This document shows positions 10,684 to 20,472 of a stretch of DNA of 64,000 nt, piece after piece. This stretch comes from Candidatus Deferrimicrobiaceae bacterium (lineage in GTDB: Bacteria; Desulfobacterota; Deferrimicrobia; Deferrimicrobiales; Deferrimicrobiaceae): NCBI GenBank assembly GCA_963792415.1, contig CAWBVY010000006.1, positions 544,001-608,000 on the forward strand, read 5' to 3'. The notes under the pieces are model-generated. The model had not been told where the DNA came from. It was given only the letters and a program-made list of their open reading frames with translations, and did no database searches. Position numbers and translations under genes: made by a program. The first letter of the stretch is position 1. The number at the start of each line of letters is the position of its first letter.

Positions 10684-12140
10684 CCCTGCGCCCCCTCCGC
10701 GGAGGGTCCCACCGGAAGCGCAACCTCGATCCGCGTCCCCTTGCCGGGTGTGGAATCCACGAAGATCTCCCCCTTGTGGGCGTCGACGATCTTCTTCGTG
10801 AGGACAAGCCCGAGTCCCAGCCCGGACGCCTTGGTGGTGAAGTACGGCTCGAAGATCTTTTCCCGTTCTTCCGCCGGGATGCCCATGCCCGTGTCCTCCA
10901 CGACCACGGAGTATCTCCCGTCGGTTCGGGGTCCCGCGGAAACGGAGAGCGTTCCGCCGTCCGGCATCGCGTCGACGGCGTTCCCCACCAGGTTCACCAG
11001 CGCCCTCCGCAGCATGTCGGGATCGGCGTGGATCTCCCGGGTATCGATGAACTCCGTGCGGCAGGAGATCGATTGCGCGCGCAGACGCTCCTCCGCCATC
11101 CGCAGCACCCCGGCCGCGAGCTCGGGGATCCGCACGGCGGCGCGGTGCAGCTCTGGGGGGCGCCCGTAGAGGATGAAATTGGTCACCAGCTCGTTCAGCC
11201 GCCCGATCTCCTCCTTGATCCGGTCGATCACCTGGCGCTTCTCCGCTTCCTCCTCGGCCCCCTTCCCCTCCATCATCGCGCCGAGGTGGTCCACCGCGAG
11301 CCCGATGAAGTTGAGCGGGTTGCGGATTTCGTGGGCCATCCCCGAGGAGAGCTTCCCGAGGTGCGTCAGGTACTGGTTCTCCCGGACCGCCTCCTCGAGC
11401 GCCCGGTTCTGCCGGAGCCGGACGATCATCTCGTTGAAGGATCGGGTGAGCCGTCCCACCTCGTCCTTCCCCTCCACGGGAAGCTCTTGCGAAAGGTCCC
11501 CGGCCGCCACGGTCTCGGCGGCGTGCGCCAGCCGCTCCACCGGGGAGACGTAATGGGCGGCGATGATGACCGAGAGGACAAGCCCCCCGAAAAAGATGAG
11601 AATCGTGCTGAAAAGACGCAGGTAAAGGTTCTTCCGGATCGGCTCGCCGAAGTCGTCGATCTGCATCCGGATGTGAATATAGCCGAGCGTATCCCCCCCC
11701 ACCTTGACCGGCACCACGAGATCCCTGGCCTGAAGCTTCTCTCCGGCCTCGTCGCCGAACGTGGCGTTGATCACCAGCTGCTTTGGCGGACGCTTGATCT
11801 TCGCCGGCCGGCCGATCGCCTTGGGGTTGGTGCTGTCGATGACGCCCATGTCCTCGTCGACGATCGACACCTCGCGGATCCCCGTTCTCTTCAGCGACTC
11901 CACGTAATGGTACAGGCGATCCTGATCGGAGGCCTCCGTCGTCGTCAACTGGTCGACGCTGACGCTGATCGCGTTGGAGAGTTCGAGGAAGCTCTTCTCG
12001 AGGTCTCTCTTCAGCGAGTCCCGCCCGAAAAGGTACGGGATGTACACCGACCCGATGGAGCAGGCGAAGAGGATCAGCATGACCATTGTGAGCTTGAACT
12101 GCAGCCCGCGATCGCGCCACGGAATGCCTTGAAACTTCAT
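10680..12140 (-). CDS. Membrane sensor histidine kinase (periplasmic sensor, HAMP, HisKA, HATPase)
   Basis: Two TMs; DEVGRLTRSFN; MAHEIRNPL; NLVGNA; DTGMGI; FEPYFTTK; GLGLGL; start at 12140 with GGAGG RBS. Confidence 0.93.
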   Translation of the reverse strand: MKFQGIPWRDRGLQFKLTMVMLILFACSIGSVYIPYLFGRDSLKRDLEKSFLELSNAISVSVDQLTTTEASDQDRLYHYVESLKRTGIREVSIVDEDMGVIDSTNPKAIGRPAKIKRPPKQLVINATFGDEAGEKLQARDLVVPVKVGGDTLGYIHIRMQIDDFGEPIRKNLYLRLFSTILIFFGGLVLSVIIAAHYVSPVERLAHAAETVAAGDLSQELPVEGKDEVGRLTRSFNEMIVRLRQNRALEEAVRENQYLTHLGKLSSGMAHEIRNPLNFIGLAVDHLGAMMEGKGAEEEAEKRQVIDRIKEEIGRLNELVTNFILYGRPPELHRAAVRIPELAAGVLRMAEERLRAQSISCRTEFIDTREIHADPDMLRRALVNLVGNAVDAMPDGGTLSVSAGPRTDGRYSVVVEDTGMGIPAEEREKIFEPYFTTKASGLGLGLVLTKKIVDAHKGEIFVDSTPGKGTRIEVALPVGPSAEGAQG

Positions 12141-12188
12141 GGCTCCTCCAATACTCCCTGCCGGTGTTTCAGCCCCCGTGCGCCGGGA

Positions 12189-12397
12189 CCCGTGCCCCCC
12201 GTTTTTCCTGCTGCGGGGGTACCCCAGCGGCGCGAAGCTCGTGATGCCCCCTTGGCCTACCGTCCTTGGGGGTACCCAACCTGCGCGAAGCTCGAGGTGG
12301 GGTGGGGTGCGGCGGCGGCCAGGGGGATCGTCCCCGCTGCGCCCCGTGCCCCCCGTCTTTCCTTCTGCAGGGGTACCCCGGCGGCGCGAAGCTCGTG
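12189..12397. repeat. Imperfect direct repeats of about 55 bp with a palindromic GGGGTACCC core (REP-like)
   Basis: 12189-12243 and 12343-12397 are near-identical; a partial third copy (GGGGGTACCC...GCGCGAAGCTCG) lies at about 12268-12294. Confidence 0.75.
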
Positions 12398-12994
12398 TCG
12401 GGGCGACGCCCGCGCGACTTCCGACGCGATCCGGGCCACGCGCGTTTCCTGCGCCTTGACGGACGGCGCCGCGTATCTCTCCGTGCCCATTCCCGCCGCC
12501 GTTGCCACCGTTACATCCACGGACCCGTCGGACGCCGCAACCGCCACGACCTCGCGGACTTCCTTCCCCGCCGCCGTCTCGACCGCCGTGACCCTGCCGG
12601 CCCCGTCGTCGCGGACCCGGAGGGTGGAGACGAGCTTCTCCCCTTCGTACCGCTCGATCACCGCCACCGTCGAGGAACCGTCGCGGGAGAGGGTGAGGAC
12701 CGTTCGCGCGGACCCCTGCGCGTACACCTTGGTCACCTTTGCTTCGGCGGCGGGGTTCTCGCCCGTCCAGAACTCGATCACGTTGAAGACAAGGAAGTCC
12801 AGGAGTCCTGTCAGGGCGTACGGGATGACGAAGATCCATGTCGCCGCGCTGCGGACGTACTTCTCGTCGATCGACTGGTTGACGTCGTACAGTTTTCGCG
12901 TCAACTGGAACTTGCCGAAGCACCCCGCGGAGAGCGTCCCCACCGCCGCCGCCAGCATCAGCGCGATCCCCTTCGCGAACCGGCTCCCCCGCAT
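12257..12994 (-). CDS. DUF3332-family lipoprotein
   Basis: Lipobox-like SAGC then FGKFQLTRKLYDVN...DFLVFNVIEFWTGENP; C-terminus runs through the repeat element. Confidence 0.8.
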   Translation of the reverse strand: MRGSRFAKGIALMLAAAVGTLSAGCFGKFQLTRKLYDVNQSIDEKYVRSAATWIFVIPYALTGLLDFLVFNVIEFWTGENPAAEAKVTKVYAQGSARTVLTLSRDGSSTVAVIERYEGEKLVSTLRVRDDGAGRVTAVETAAGKEVREVVAVAASDGSVDVTVATAAGMGTERYAAPSVKAQETRVARIASEVARASPRHELRAAGVPLQKERRGARGAAGTIPLAAAAPHPTSSFAQVGYPQGR

Positions 12995-13259
12995 GGCCGT
13001 ACCCCCTTCCCGGTGAATTACGGAATGACCCATTCTAACAGCCACACACCCCATCAACCACATGATCGACGCCCGCAACGGATGGGATTTCCCGGCGGGA
13101 GGCACGGCAGGGGGTTCCCTCCTGTTCTTCCGGCGAGAAATCCATCCGTGTCGTCCCACCCCGGTTGGAGGAGTGTCCCTCGCCAGCCCCGTCGGGGAAG
13201 CCCACCACCCGCAATCCCCGGTGTGGTGTAAGATGCCCGGATGGGAGGAGGGAGGAACG

Positions 13260-13988
13260 TTGCGTAAACGCAGGAGGTGGGACGTACTCAAGCTCGCCGC
13301 GTTCCTGCTCTTTGCCGCCGCCGTCACATACGCCATGCTCTTCACCCCCACCGGCGCGCTCTTCCGGACCGCGGAAGGGCGGAGCGCCCTGGTCAAAGGC
13401 CTGGATACGCTGGTCCAGTCGGCGGGCCCGCTGGGGCCCGTCGTCTTCGTCCTGATCTACACCATCGGGGTTCTCTTCCTCCCCGCCACCCCGTTCACCA
13501 TCGCGGGGGCGGTCATCTTCGGGAAGTTCCACGGGATGCTGTACAACCTCGCGGCCGACACGCTCGGGGCATCGATCTCCTTCTACCTCGGAAGGTACTT
13601 CCTTCACGGGGTCGCCCGCGGGTTCCTGGAGACCAGGATGCCATGGCTCGACCGGAAGGCGGCCGAGGAGGGATTCTCGGTGGTCTTCTACCTGCGGATC
13701 TTCTGGTTCCCTTTCATCGTCCTGAACTACGCCGCCGGGGCGACGCGGATCCGGTTCCGCGACTACCTCCTCGGGACGGCACTGGGCCTGCTCCCGCCCG
13801 TCTTCATCTTCACCTACTTCGTCGGGGCGATGAAGGAGGTCCTCGCCACGTACCGGAGACCGGCGGACCTGTTGACGCTCGACCTGCTCTTCCCCATCCT
13901 GCTCCTCGTCTTCTCCTTCTTCCTCCCGACCCTCCTGAAGCGCCTCCGCAAGGGCCGCGAGCTCCTGCCGCCGGGCGGGCAGCCATGA
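13260..13988 (+). CDS. TVP38/TMEM64 (VTT/DedA superfamily) membrane protein
   Basis: GGAGG RBS and TTG start; FLPATPFTIAGAVIFG, LRIFWFPF.LNYAAG, YLLGT.LG..P. Confidence 0.88.
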   Translation: MRKRRRWDVLKLAAFLLFAAAVTYAMLFTPTGALFRTAEGRSALVKGLDTLVQSAGPLGPVVFVLIYTIGVLFLPATPFTIAGAVIFGKFHGMLYNLAADTLGASISFYLGRYFLHGVARGFLETRMPWLDRKAAEEGFSVVFYLRIFWFPFIVLNYAAGATRIRFRDYLLGTALGLLPPVFIFTYFVGAMKEVLATYRRPADLLTLDLLFPILLLVFSFFLPTLLKRLRKGRELLPPGGQP

Positions 13989-14725
13989 TGCCCGCCGGCG
14001 TCTCCATCATCATCCCCGTGCTCGACGAGGAGGAGACGGTCGCCCGCGCGATCCGGTCGTGCCGGGAGGCGGGGCCGTGCGAGGTGGTCGTCGTCGACGG
14101 CGGAAGCCGGGACCGGACGGTGGAGATCGCCCGGGGTGAGGCGGATACCGTGATCGCCGCTTCGCGGGGGAGGGCGGCGCAGATGAACGCCGGCGCGGCC
14201 GTCGCCCGCGGGGAGGTCCTCCTCTTTCTGCACGCGGACACTTTCCTGCCCGTGGGGTCCGTTCCCTCCGTGGTCGCCGCGCTGCAAGACCCGGCGGTGA
14301 TCGGCGGCGCCTTCCGCGTCCGGCTGGCCGCGTCCCCCGGCGCGGGCCGGTACGTCCGTGCCACGCTCGGGATCACGGGGCGGATGATCGGGGTGCGGGC
14401 GGGCGCCACGCGGGCGTTCACGGGAGACCAGGCGATCTTCGTGCGGGCGGAGGCGTTCCGCTCCCTGGGCGGCTACCCGGAGGTCCCTCTGATGGAGGAC
14501 GTCGAGCTGTCGCGGCGCATGCGCCGGGGCGGAAAGACGGTCCTGCTGCCGCTGCGCGTGGAATCGTCGGGACGCCGCTGGGAGGCGTGGGGCCCCCTCC
14601 GGACCGTCCTGTTCATGTGGCGGATCCGGACCGGCTACCTCCTCGGGTGGACGCCGTCGCGATGCGCCGATGCGTACCGCCGCGGACCGGCGCTCACGCG
14701 TCGGGAACCGGCTCCTCCCACGTGA
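13985..14725 (+). CDS. Family-2 glycosyltransferase (TIGR04283-like)
   Basis: SIIIPVLDE, VDGGSRDRT, GRAAQMNAGA, FLHADT, GDQAIFV, PLMEDVEL, SSGRRW. Confidence 0.88.
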   Translation: MMPAGVSIIIPVLDEEETVARAIRSCREAGPCEVVVVDGGSRDRTVEIARGEADTVIAASRGRAAQMNAGAAVARGEVLLFLHADTFLPVGSVPSVVAALQDPAVIGGAFRVRLAASPGAGRYVRATLGITGRMIGVRAGATRAFTGDQAIFVRAEAFRSLGGYPEVPLMEDVELSRRMRRGGKTVLLPLRVESSGRRWEAWGPLRTVLFMWRIRTGYLLGWTPSRCADAYRRGPALTRREPAPPT

Positions 14726-17258
14726 TCGACAGCGGGGTGAACGGGTTCGCAAGATCCGGGTGCCGGGGAAGAACCCGCGCCGAGAAGCCGTACCGGCCGC
14801 TCGCGGCGCACGGTATCTCGACGCGGTAGATCTCCTCGTCGCCGTCGCGCCCGTCGTGGTGCGCCGGCAGAATGGTCCCCATGCGCACCTCTCCGGCGGC
14901 ATCGTAGAAGCCGCAACGGATCTCGACCGCCACCTCGGCGGGATCGAGGCTCCCCAGCCGGACGCGGAGGGATATTCCCACCGTGTCCCCCACGCGCATC
15001 CCCTTGTGCTTCCGGGTCTCCTCCACCCGGATGGAGACCCCCGGCCACGCCGCCGCGGTGCGCTGCCGCCACGCGGCCAACTCCCGTGCGACGGAATGAT
15101 CGTTCGCGGACAGCCGCTCCCCCGCGCGATGGGCGGGCAGGTACGAAGTCTCCGTATACTCCTTGAGCATCCGGTGGGTGTTGAAGTACGCGCCCAGCTT
15201 CCGGATCGACGCCTTCATCATCGCGATCCAGGCCCTCGGCAGTCCTCCACGGTCCCGATCGTGGAACAGGGGGACGATCTCGTTCTCCAGGAGGCTGTAG
15301 AGGGCCTCGCACTCGACCCGGTCCTGCTCCTCCGGGTCGTCGTACATCTCCCCGCTCCCGATCGCCCACCCGAGGTCGGGGGAGTACCCCTCGTCCCACC
15401 AACCGTCGAGGATCGACACGTTCAGCGCGCCGTTGGCCGCCGCCTTCATCCCGCTCGTCCCCGACGCCTCCAGCGGGCGCCGCGGGTTGTTCAGCCACAC
15501 GTCGACCCCCTGCACCATGTACCGCGCGACGTTGATGTCGTAATCCTCCAGGAAGACCAGCCGGTCGCGGACCCTCGGGTCCGAGGCGAAGTGGATGACC
15601 GACCGGATGATCTCCTTCGCCGGGAGGTCCTGGGGGTGCGCCTTCCCGGCGAAGAGGATCTGAACGGGCCGGGCCGGGTCCGTCAGGAGCCGGACCAGCC
15701 GATCGGGCTGCCGGAAGAGCAGGTTCGCCCGCTTGTACGTGGCGAAGCGCCGCGAGAAGCCGATCGTCAGCGCATCGGGGTTCAACGCCTCCTCCGCCGC
15801 CCGCTGGAGCGCCATCCCGGCACCCTGGCGGCGCAGCTGGTTCCTCAGCCGCTTGCGGGCGAAGAAGACGAGCCGCTCCCTGCGGGACTGGTGGATCCGC
15901 CAGAGTTCGCTGGGGGGGATCGCCTCCGTGCGTTCCCAAACCGCGTGGTCCGCGGGCTTCTCGACGAACCGCGGCCCGAAGTACCGCGCGTACAGCTCCG
16001 CCATCTCGTGGCTGATCCAGGAATGCGTATGGATCCCGTTGGTGATCGCGCGGATCGGCACCTCGGCTTCGGGGAGCGCCGGCCACAGATCCTTCCACAT
16101 CGCGCGGGAGGTCTCGGCGTGGAGCTTCGCGACCCCGTTCGCGAACGCGGACGACCGGAGGGCGAACACCGTCATCCCGAACTCCTTCGACCGCGGACTG
16201 CCCGACTGGCCGAGGGCGAGGAACTCCTCCCACGCGATCCCGAGGGACCGGATCTTCGGATCGAGGTATTTCCGCAGCAGGTCCGGATCGAACCGTTCAT
16301 TCCCCGCGGGAACGGGGGTGTGGGTGGTGAAGACGCCGGTCGCGAGCACCACCTCCCGCGCCTGCGCGAAGGTGAGACCGTGCGACGCCATCAGATCGCG
16401 GATCCGCTCGACGATGAGGAACGCGGAGTGCCCCTCGTTCATGTGGTACACGGTCGGATGGATCCCGAGCGCCTTCAGCGCCCGCACTCCGCCGATGCCA
16501 AGCAGGATCTCCTGGCGGATGCGCATGTCCCGGTCCCCTCCGTAGAGGGTCGAGGTGATCTCCCGGGAGCGCCCGGAGTTCCCCTTGATGTTGCTGTCGA
16601 GAAGGTACAGGGGGGTGCGGCCGACGTCGACCCTCCAGACGCGCGCCTTGACCGTTTCGGGGCCGATTTCCACCGCGATCTCGAGGGGGCGCTCCTCCGC
16701 CGTCCTCTCCATCGTCACCGGCATGTTGTACCAGTCGTTGTCCGGGTACAGCTCCTTCTGCCAGCCGTCCAGCGACAGCACCTGGCGAAAATATCCCTTT
16801 TGGTACAGGAGCCCGACGCCGACGAGCGGGACATCGAGGTCGGAGGCCGATTTCAGGTGGTCGCCCGAGAGGACTCCGAGCCCCCCGGAATAGATCGGAA
16901 GCCCCTCGTCGATCCCGTACTCGCACGAGAAATACGCCACCCGGGCGCCGGCGTCCGCTCCGTGGACCTCCTGGAACCACGACACCCTTTTCCGGTACTC
17001 CTGGAACGAGCGGTGCACCCGCTCGACGTTCGCGACGAAGCTCTCGTCCTTCGCGGCGGCCTCGAGGTCCGCCTGCGGCAACGTCCCGAGCATCAGGACC
17101 GGATTCTGGTACGCCTGCTCCCAGAGAACGGGATTCAGCCGGATGAAGAGCTGCACCGCCTCCCAGTTCCAGGAAAACCAGAGGTTCCGGGCGATCTCCT
17201 CGAGCGGAACGAGTTCCTTCGGGATGTTCGGTCGGACGTGGAAATGACGGATTCGCAT
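14694..17258 (-). CDS. glgP: Alpha-glucan (glycogen/starch) phosphorylase
   Basis: YSGGLGVLSGDHLKSASD, HMNEGH, FTTHTPVPAG, RRFATYKR, EASGTSGMK; start could be 17291. Confidence 0.95.
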   Translation of the reverse strand: MRIRHFHVRPNIPKELVPLEEIARNLWFSWNWEAVQLFIRLNPVLWEQAYQNPVLMLGTLPQADLEAAAKDESFVANVERVHRSFQEYRKRVSWFQEVHGADAGARVAYFSCEYGIDEGLPIYSGGLGVLSGDHLKSASDLDVPLVGVGLLYQKGYFRQVLSLDGWQKELYPDNDWYNMPVTMERTAEERPLEIAVEIGPETVKARVWRVDVGRTPLYLLDSNIKGNSGRSREITSTLYGGDRDMRIRQEILLGIGGVRALKALGIHPTVYHMNEGHSAFLIVERIRDLMASHGLTFAQAREVVLATGVFTTHTPVPAGNERFDPDLLRKYLDPKIRSLGIAWEEFLALGQSGSPRSKEFGMTVFALRSSAFANGVAKLHAETSRAMWKDLWPALPEAEVPIRAITNGIHTHSWISHEMAELYARYFGPRFVEKPADHAVWERTEAIPPSELWRIHQSRRERLVFFARKRLRNQLRRQGAGMALQRAAEEALNPDALTIGFSRRFATYKRANLLFRQPDRLVRLLTDPARPVQILFAGKAHPQDLPAKEIIRSVIHFASDPRVRDRLVFLEDYDINVARYMVQGVDVWLNNPRRPLEASGTSGMKAAANGALNVSILDGWWDEGYSPDLGWAIGSGEMYDDPEEQDRVECEALYSLLENEIVPLFHDRDRGGLPRAWIAMMKASIRKLGAYFNTHRMLKEYTETSYLPAHRAGERLSANDHSVARELAAWRQRTAAAWPGVSIRVEETRKHKGMRVGDTVGISLRVRLGSLDPAEVAVEIRCGFYDAAGEVRMGTILPAHHDGRDGDEEIYRVEIPCAASGRYGFSARVLPRHPDLANPFTPLSITWEEPVPDA

Positions 17259-17367
17259 GGGTACCTCGTCAAGGGAAGTCGTGTCCACCATGAAACATCA
17301 GGAGGCGGGCCAAGTCAATTCAGCAGGGGGTTAAAGATTCCCGGGGGGTTTGCCGAAACGATCCTTG

Positions 17368-18966
17368 ATGAGCGTTGATCAGCCCATATCCTTGTCCGAC
17401 GTCGGGGGGGGTGACCGCCCGGCGACATCCCGGATCCTCGCCACCCTCATCGAGGCGTCCCCTCTGGCGATCGTCACGTTCGACCCGGAAGGCATCGTCA
17501 CGATGTGGAACCCGGCGGCCGAGCGGATCTTCGGGTGGTCCGAGAACGAGGCCCTCGGGACGCGCCTGCCCTTCGTCCCGGCCGAGAAGCAGGCCGAGTT
17601 CCTCGAGCTTCGGCGACGCGCCCTCCTTGGGGAGGCGTTCACCGAGCCCGAACTGCACCGGAGGAGGGTCGACGGGTCCCCGATCGTCGTCAGCGTCTCC
17701 ACCGCCCCCCTCCGCCGGCCCGACGGGGCCATCTACGGGATCATGTCGATCCTGATGGACGTCACCGAGCAGAAGGCGGCCGAAGAGACACGAAACCGGC
17801 TGACGATGGTGGAGGAGCAGCTCCGCCAATCGCAGAAGATGGAGGCCGTGGGAAGGCTCGCCGGGGGCGTCGCGCACGACTTCAACAACCTGCTGACCGC
17901 CATCTCGGGCTACTCCGACCTTCTGCTCCACCGTCTCCCCGACTACTCGACGCTTCGCCGCGACGTGGAGGAGATCCGGAAGGCGGGAGACCGCGCCGCG
18001 GCGCTCACGCGCCAGCTGCTCGCCTTCAGCCGCCGCCAGATCCTGCAGCCGAAAGTTCTGGACCTGAACGCCATGGTGACGAAGATGGGACGGATGCTGC
18101 GCCGCCTGATCGGCGAGGGCATCGAACTGTCGATCGACCTGACCGCTTCCCTTTCTCGGGTGAAGGCCGACCCGGGGCAGATCGAGCAGGTGATCGTGAA
18201 CCTGACGGCCAACGCCCGGGACGCGATGCCCGACGGGGGCCGCATCACCATCGCGACCGCCGACGCGGATCTGTCCTCCTCCTACGCGGCCGCCCACCCT
18301 GGTGTGGTTCCTGGACCGCACGTCCTCCTCTCCGTGGCGGATACGGGACGCGGGATGAACGACGAGACCCAGGCGCACCTGTTCGAACCGTTTTTCACCA
18401 CGAAGGAGAGGGGAAAGGGGACCGGCCTTGGCCTGGCCACGGTCTACGGCATCGTGCAGCAGAGTGGCGGGCACATCCGGGTGAACAGCGCTGCCGAACA
18501 CGGGTCGATGTTCCTCATTTACCTGCCGCGGGTCGAGGATCCCGAAGATGGCGTCGAGGGGGCGGATCTCCCGCTCCTCCCCCACCCTTCCCCGGGGACC
18601 GAGACGGTCCTCCTGGCCGAGGACGAGGAGGTTGTGCGGCGGATCGCGCGGAAGATCCTGGCGGGGAACGGCTACAAGGTGCTCGAGGCGGGGAGCGGCC
18701 GCGAGGCGTTGCTGCTCTCCGAAGCCAACCGGGGGGAGATCCATCTGCTGTTGACCGACGTGGAGATGCCGAAGATGAGCGGGAGGGAGCTCGGCGAGCG
18801 GATCCGGCTCCAGCGTCCGGACCTGCGGATCCTGTACATGTCGGGATACACCGACGACGCCATCCTCCGCCACGGCGTCCCGGAGGACGGGTTCCCCTAT
18901 CTGCAGAAGCCGTTCACCGCGGAAGAGCTCGCCCGGAAGGTGCGCGAGGTGCTCGACAGCGCTTGA
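17368..18966 (+). CDS. Cytoplasmic hybrid sensor kinase (PAS-HisKA-HATPase-REC)
   Basis: [14 protein letters not shown]; [11 protein letters not shown]; GKGTGLGLA; LLLTDVEMP; YLQKPF. Confidence 0.93.
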   Translation: MSVDQPISLSDVGGGDRPATSRILATLIEASPLAIVTFDPEGIVTMWNPAAERIFGWSENEALGTRLPFVPAEKQAEFLELRRRALLGEAFTEPELHRRRVDGSPIVVSVSTAPLRRPDGAIYGIMSILMDVTEQKAAEETRNRLTMVEEQLRQSQKMEAVGRLAGGVAHDFNNLLTAISGYSDLLLHRLPDYSTLRRDVEEIRKAGDRAAALTRQLLAFSRRQILQPKVLDLNAMVTKMGRMLRRLIGEGIELSIDLTASLSRVKADPGQIEQVIVNLTANARDAMPDGGRITIATADADLSSSYAAAHPGVVPGPHVLLSVADTGRGMNDETQAHLFEPFFTTKERGKGTGLGLATVYGIVQQSGGHIRVNSAAEHGSMFLIYLPRVEDPEDGVEGADLPLLPHPSPGTETVLLAEDEEVVRRIARKILAGNGYKVLEAGSGREALLLSEANRGEIHLLLTDVEMPKMSGRELGERIRLQRPDLRILYMSGYTDDAILRHGVPEDGFPYLQKPFTAEELARKVREVLDSA

Positions 18967-18994
18967 CCTTCCCCGTGATGCGGGAAACGGGTTT

Positions 18995-19447
18995 TCACCG
19001 ATGGAACGATGGCGACGGTGCCTCCGAAGAGATGCACATCGGTGCAAACCTGTCCGGCGGGACGACGGTGTTCGAACCCTCCCTCGTCAGGCCAAGCAGG
19101 ACCACCGCGAGGACGAACAGGGTCACCGCGACATAGGTCCCGTCCCTTTGCAGGGCGAAGGCGGCCACGGAGAAGGCAACCCGCGCCAACGGGGTTGCGA
19201 TCAGCAACAGCAGCCCGAACTGGATCAACCCCAGGGGGTTCAGGGAAACCGCTTCCCTCACGATCCCGGTCACCACCCGCAGTTCCGGCGGTTCCCCGCG
19301 GAACACCTTGTAGTCGGGAATCGTGGACCCGCAGCTGCCCAAGTACATGGCGCCCCCCGCCAGGACCATCGCGGCGGCCAATATGACTCCCCACCGCAGG
19401 AACGTCCCGATCACCCACTGGATCCGATCATCGCTCCATGCGCGCAT
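18995..19447 (-). CDS. DUF1634-family membrane protein
   Basis: IG.FLR.GV, IQFGLLLLIATP.ARV; directly downstream of a TauE-family gene, its usual partner. Confidence 0.8.
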   Translation of the reverse strand: MRAWSDDRIQWVIGTFLRWGVILAAAMVLAGGAMYLGSCGSTIPDYKVFRGEPPELRVVTGIVREAVSLNPLGLIQFGLLLLIATPLARVAFSVAAFALQRDGTYVAVTLFVLAVVLLGLTREGSNTVVPPDRFAPMCISSEAPSPSFHR

Positions 19448-19460
19448 CCGCGATTCCCCC

Positions 19461-20297
19461 CTAAATCCTTCCCGTCAGCCCGTTGTAGATGAGTTCCGCT
19501 CCGAGCGCCAGGACGACCAGGCTGAAAACGACGCGCAGGATCCGGGTATCCGTGCCGGCCAGTATCCTGGCGCCGCCCATGGATCCCGCGAGGACCCCCA
19601 GCATGACCGGCATGGCAAGGACCGGGTCGATGTATCCGCGGCTCAGGTAGACTCCGGCGCTTGCGGCCGCCGTCACGCCGATCATGAAGGTGCTGGTGGT
19701 GGTCGAAACCTTGAACGGGATGCGCATGACCTGGTCCATCGCGAGCACCTTGACGGCCCCCGACCCGATTCCGAGGAGGCCGGAGAGCGTTCCGGCGACG
19801 AACATCAGGCTGAAACCGCCCGGGACATTGCACACGCGGTAGGATTGCGGTCCATTCACCGTCGGATAGTTCGAATCCATTTTCAGGAAGGATGCCACCC
19901 GATCCGGGGCGGCGGTTTCCGGCCGTTCCGGCCGCGGGCGGTTCGACTGGTACGCCGAGTACAGGAGAACGACCCCGAAGACGACCGCGATCGCGGAAGG
20001 CGCAATCTTGGCCGCCAGGAACGCCCCGACCATGGCCCCGACGGTCGTCGCGATCTCCAGGAACATCCCGATCCGGAAGTTCGTGTATCCTTCCTTCACG
20101 TAGACCGCGGCGGCCCCGGAAGAGGTGGCGATGACCGAGATGAGGGACGCGCCGATCGCATACCGGATGTCGACCCCGAACCACAAGGCCAGGAGCGGCA
20201 CGATGACGATGCCGCCCCCCAACCCCGTCAGGGAACCGAGAAATCCCGCTGCCACGCCCCCCAGCCAAACCAGTAGGGAGAATTCCAGGGAATTCAT
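19461..20297 (-). CDS. Sulfite exporter TauE/SafE (TSUP) family
   Basis: GSLTGLGGG.VIVP, SGLLGIGSG, KVSTTTS.FMIGVTA. Confidence 0.9.
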   Translation of the reverse strand: MNSLEFSLLVWLGGVAAGFLGSLTGLGGGIVIVPLLALWFGVDIRYAIGASLISVIATSSGAAAVYVKEGYTNFRIGMFLEIATTVGAMVGAFLAAKIAPSAIAVVFGVVLLYSAYQSNRPRPERPETAAPDRVASFLKMDSNYPTVNGPQSYRVCNVPGGFSLMFVAGTLSGLLGIGSGAVKVLAMDQVMRIPFKVSTTTSTFMIGVTAAASAGVYLSRGYIDPVLAMPVMLGVLAGSMGGARILAGTDTRILRVVFSLVVLALGAELIYNGLTGRI

Positions 20298-20472
20298 GAA
20301 CCACCTCGCAATCCTTCATCCATCTCTCTTTGAAACATCTCGCCCTCGGGGGGATTCCCTGGAAGATGCGATTTTCCCACGAAGGCGGGAACCTTCTCCG
20401 GAGGGGAACGATCGGAACGGGGGAATTCGAAGGGTGGGCGGGATGGTTTCCGGGAACGCTCGATGCCGTTAA

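Noticed and set aside
10684-12120. Apparent 931-aa response-regulator fusion (9325..12120)
   Set aside because: The extension is an alternative frame over the kinase gene with Arg/Gly-rich nonsense composition; the regulator starts at 10683
12189-12397. Possible CRISPR array
   Set aside because: Only two full and one partial repeat, irregular spacing, and no cas genes nearby
14670-17378. 902-aa plus-strand ORF and similar long antisense ORFs (8716..11169, 10776..13016, 26287..28482, 34495..36330, 60081..61679)
   Set aside because: They mirror well-supported genes on the other strand, which is typical of stop-poor high-GC DNA, and contain no recognisable motifs
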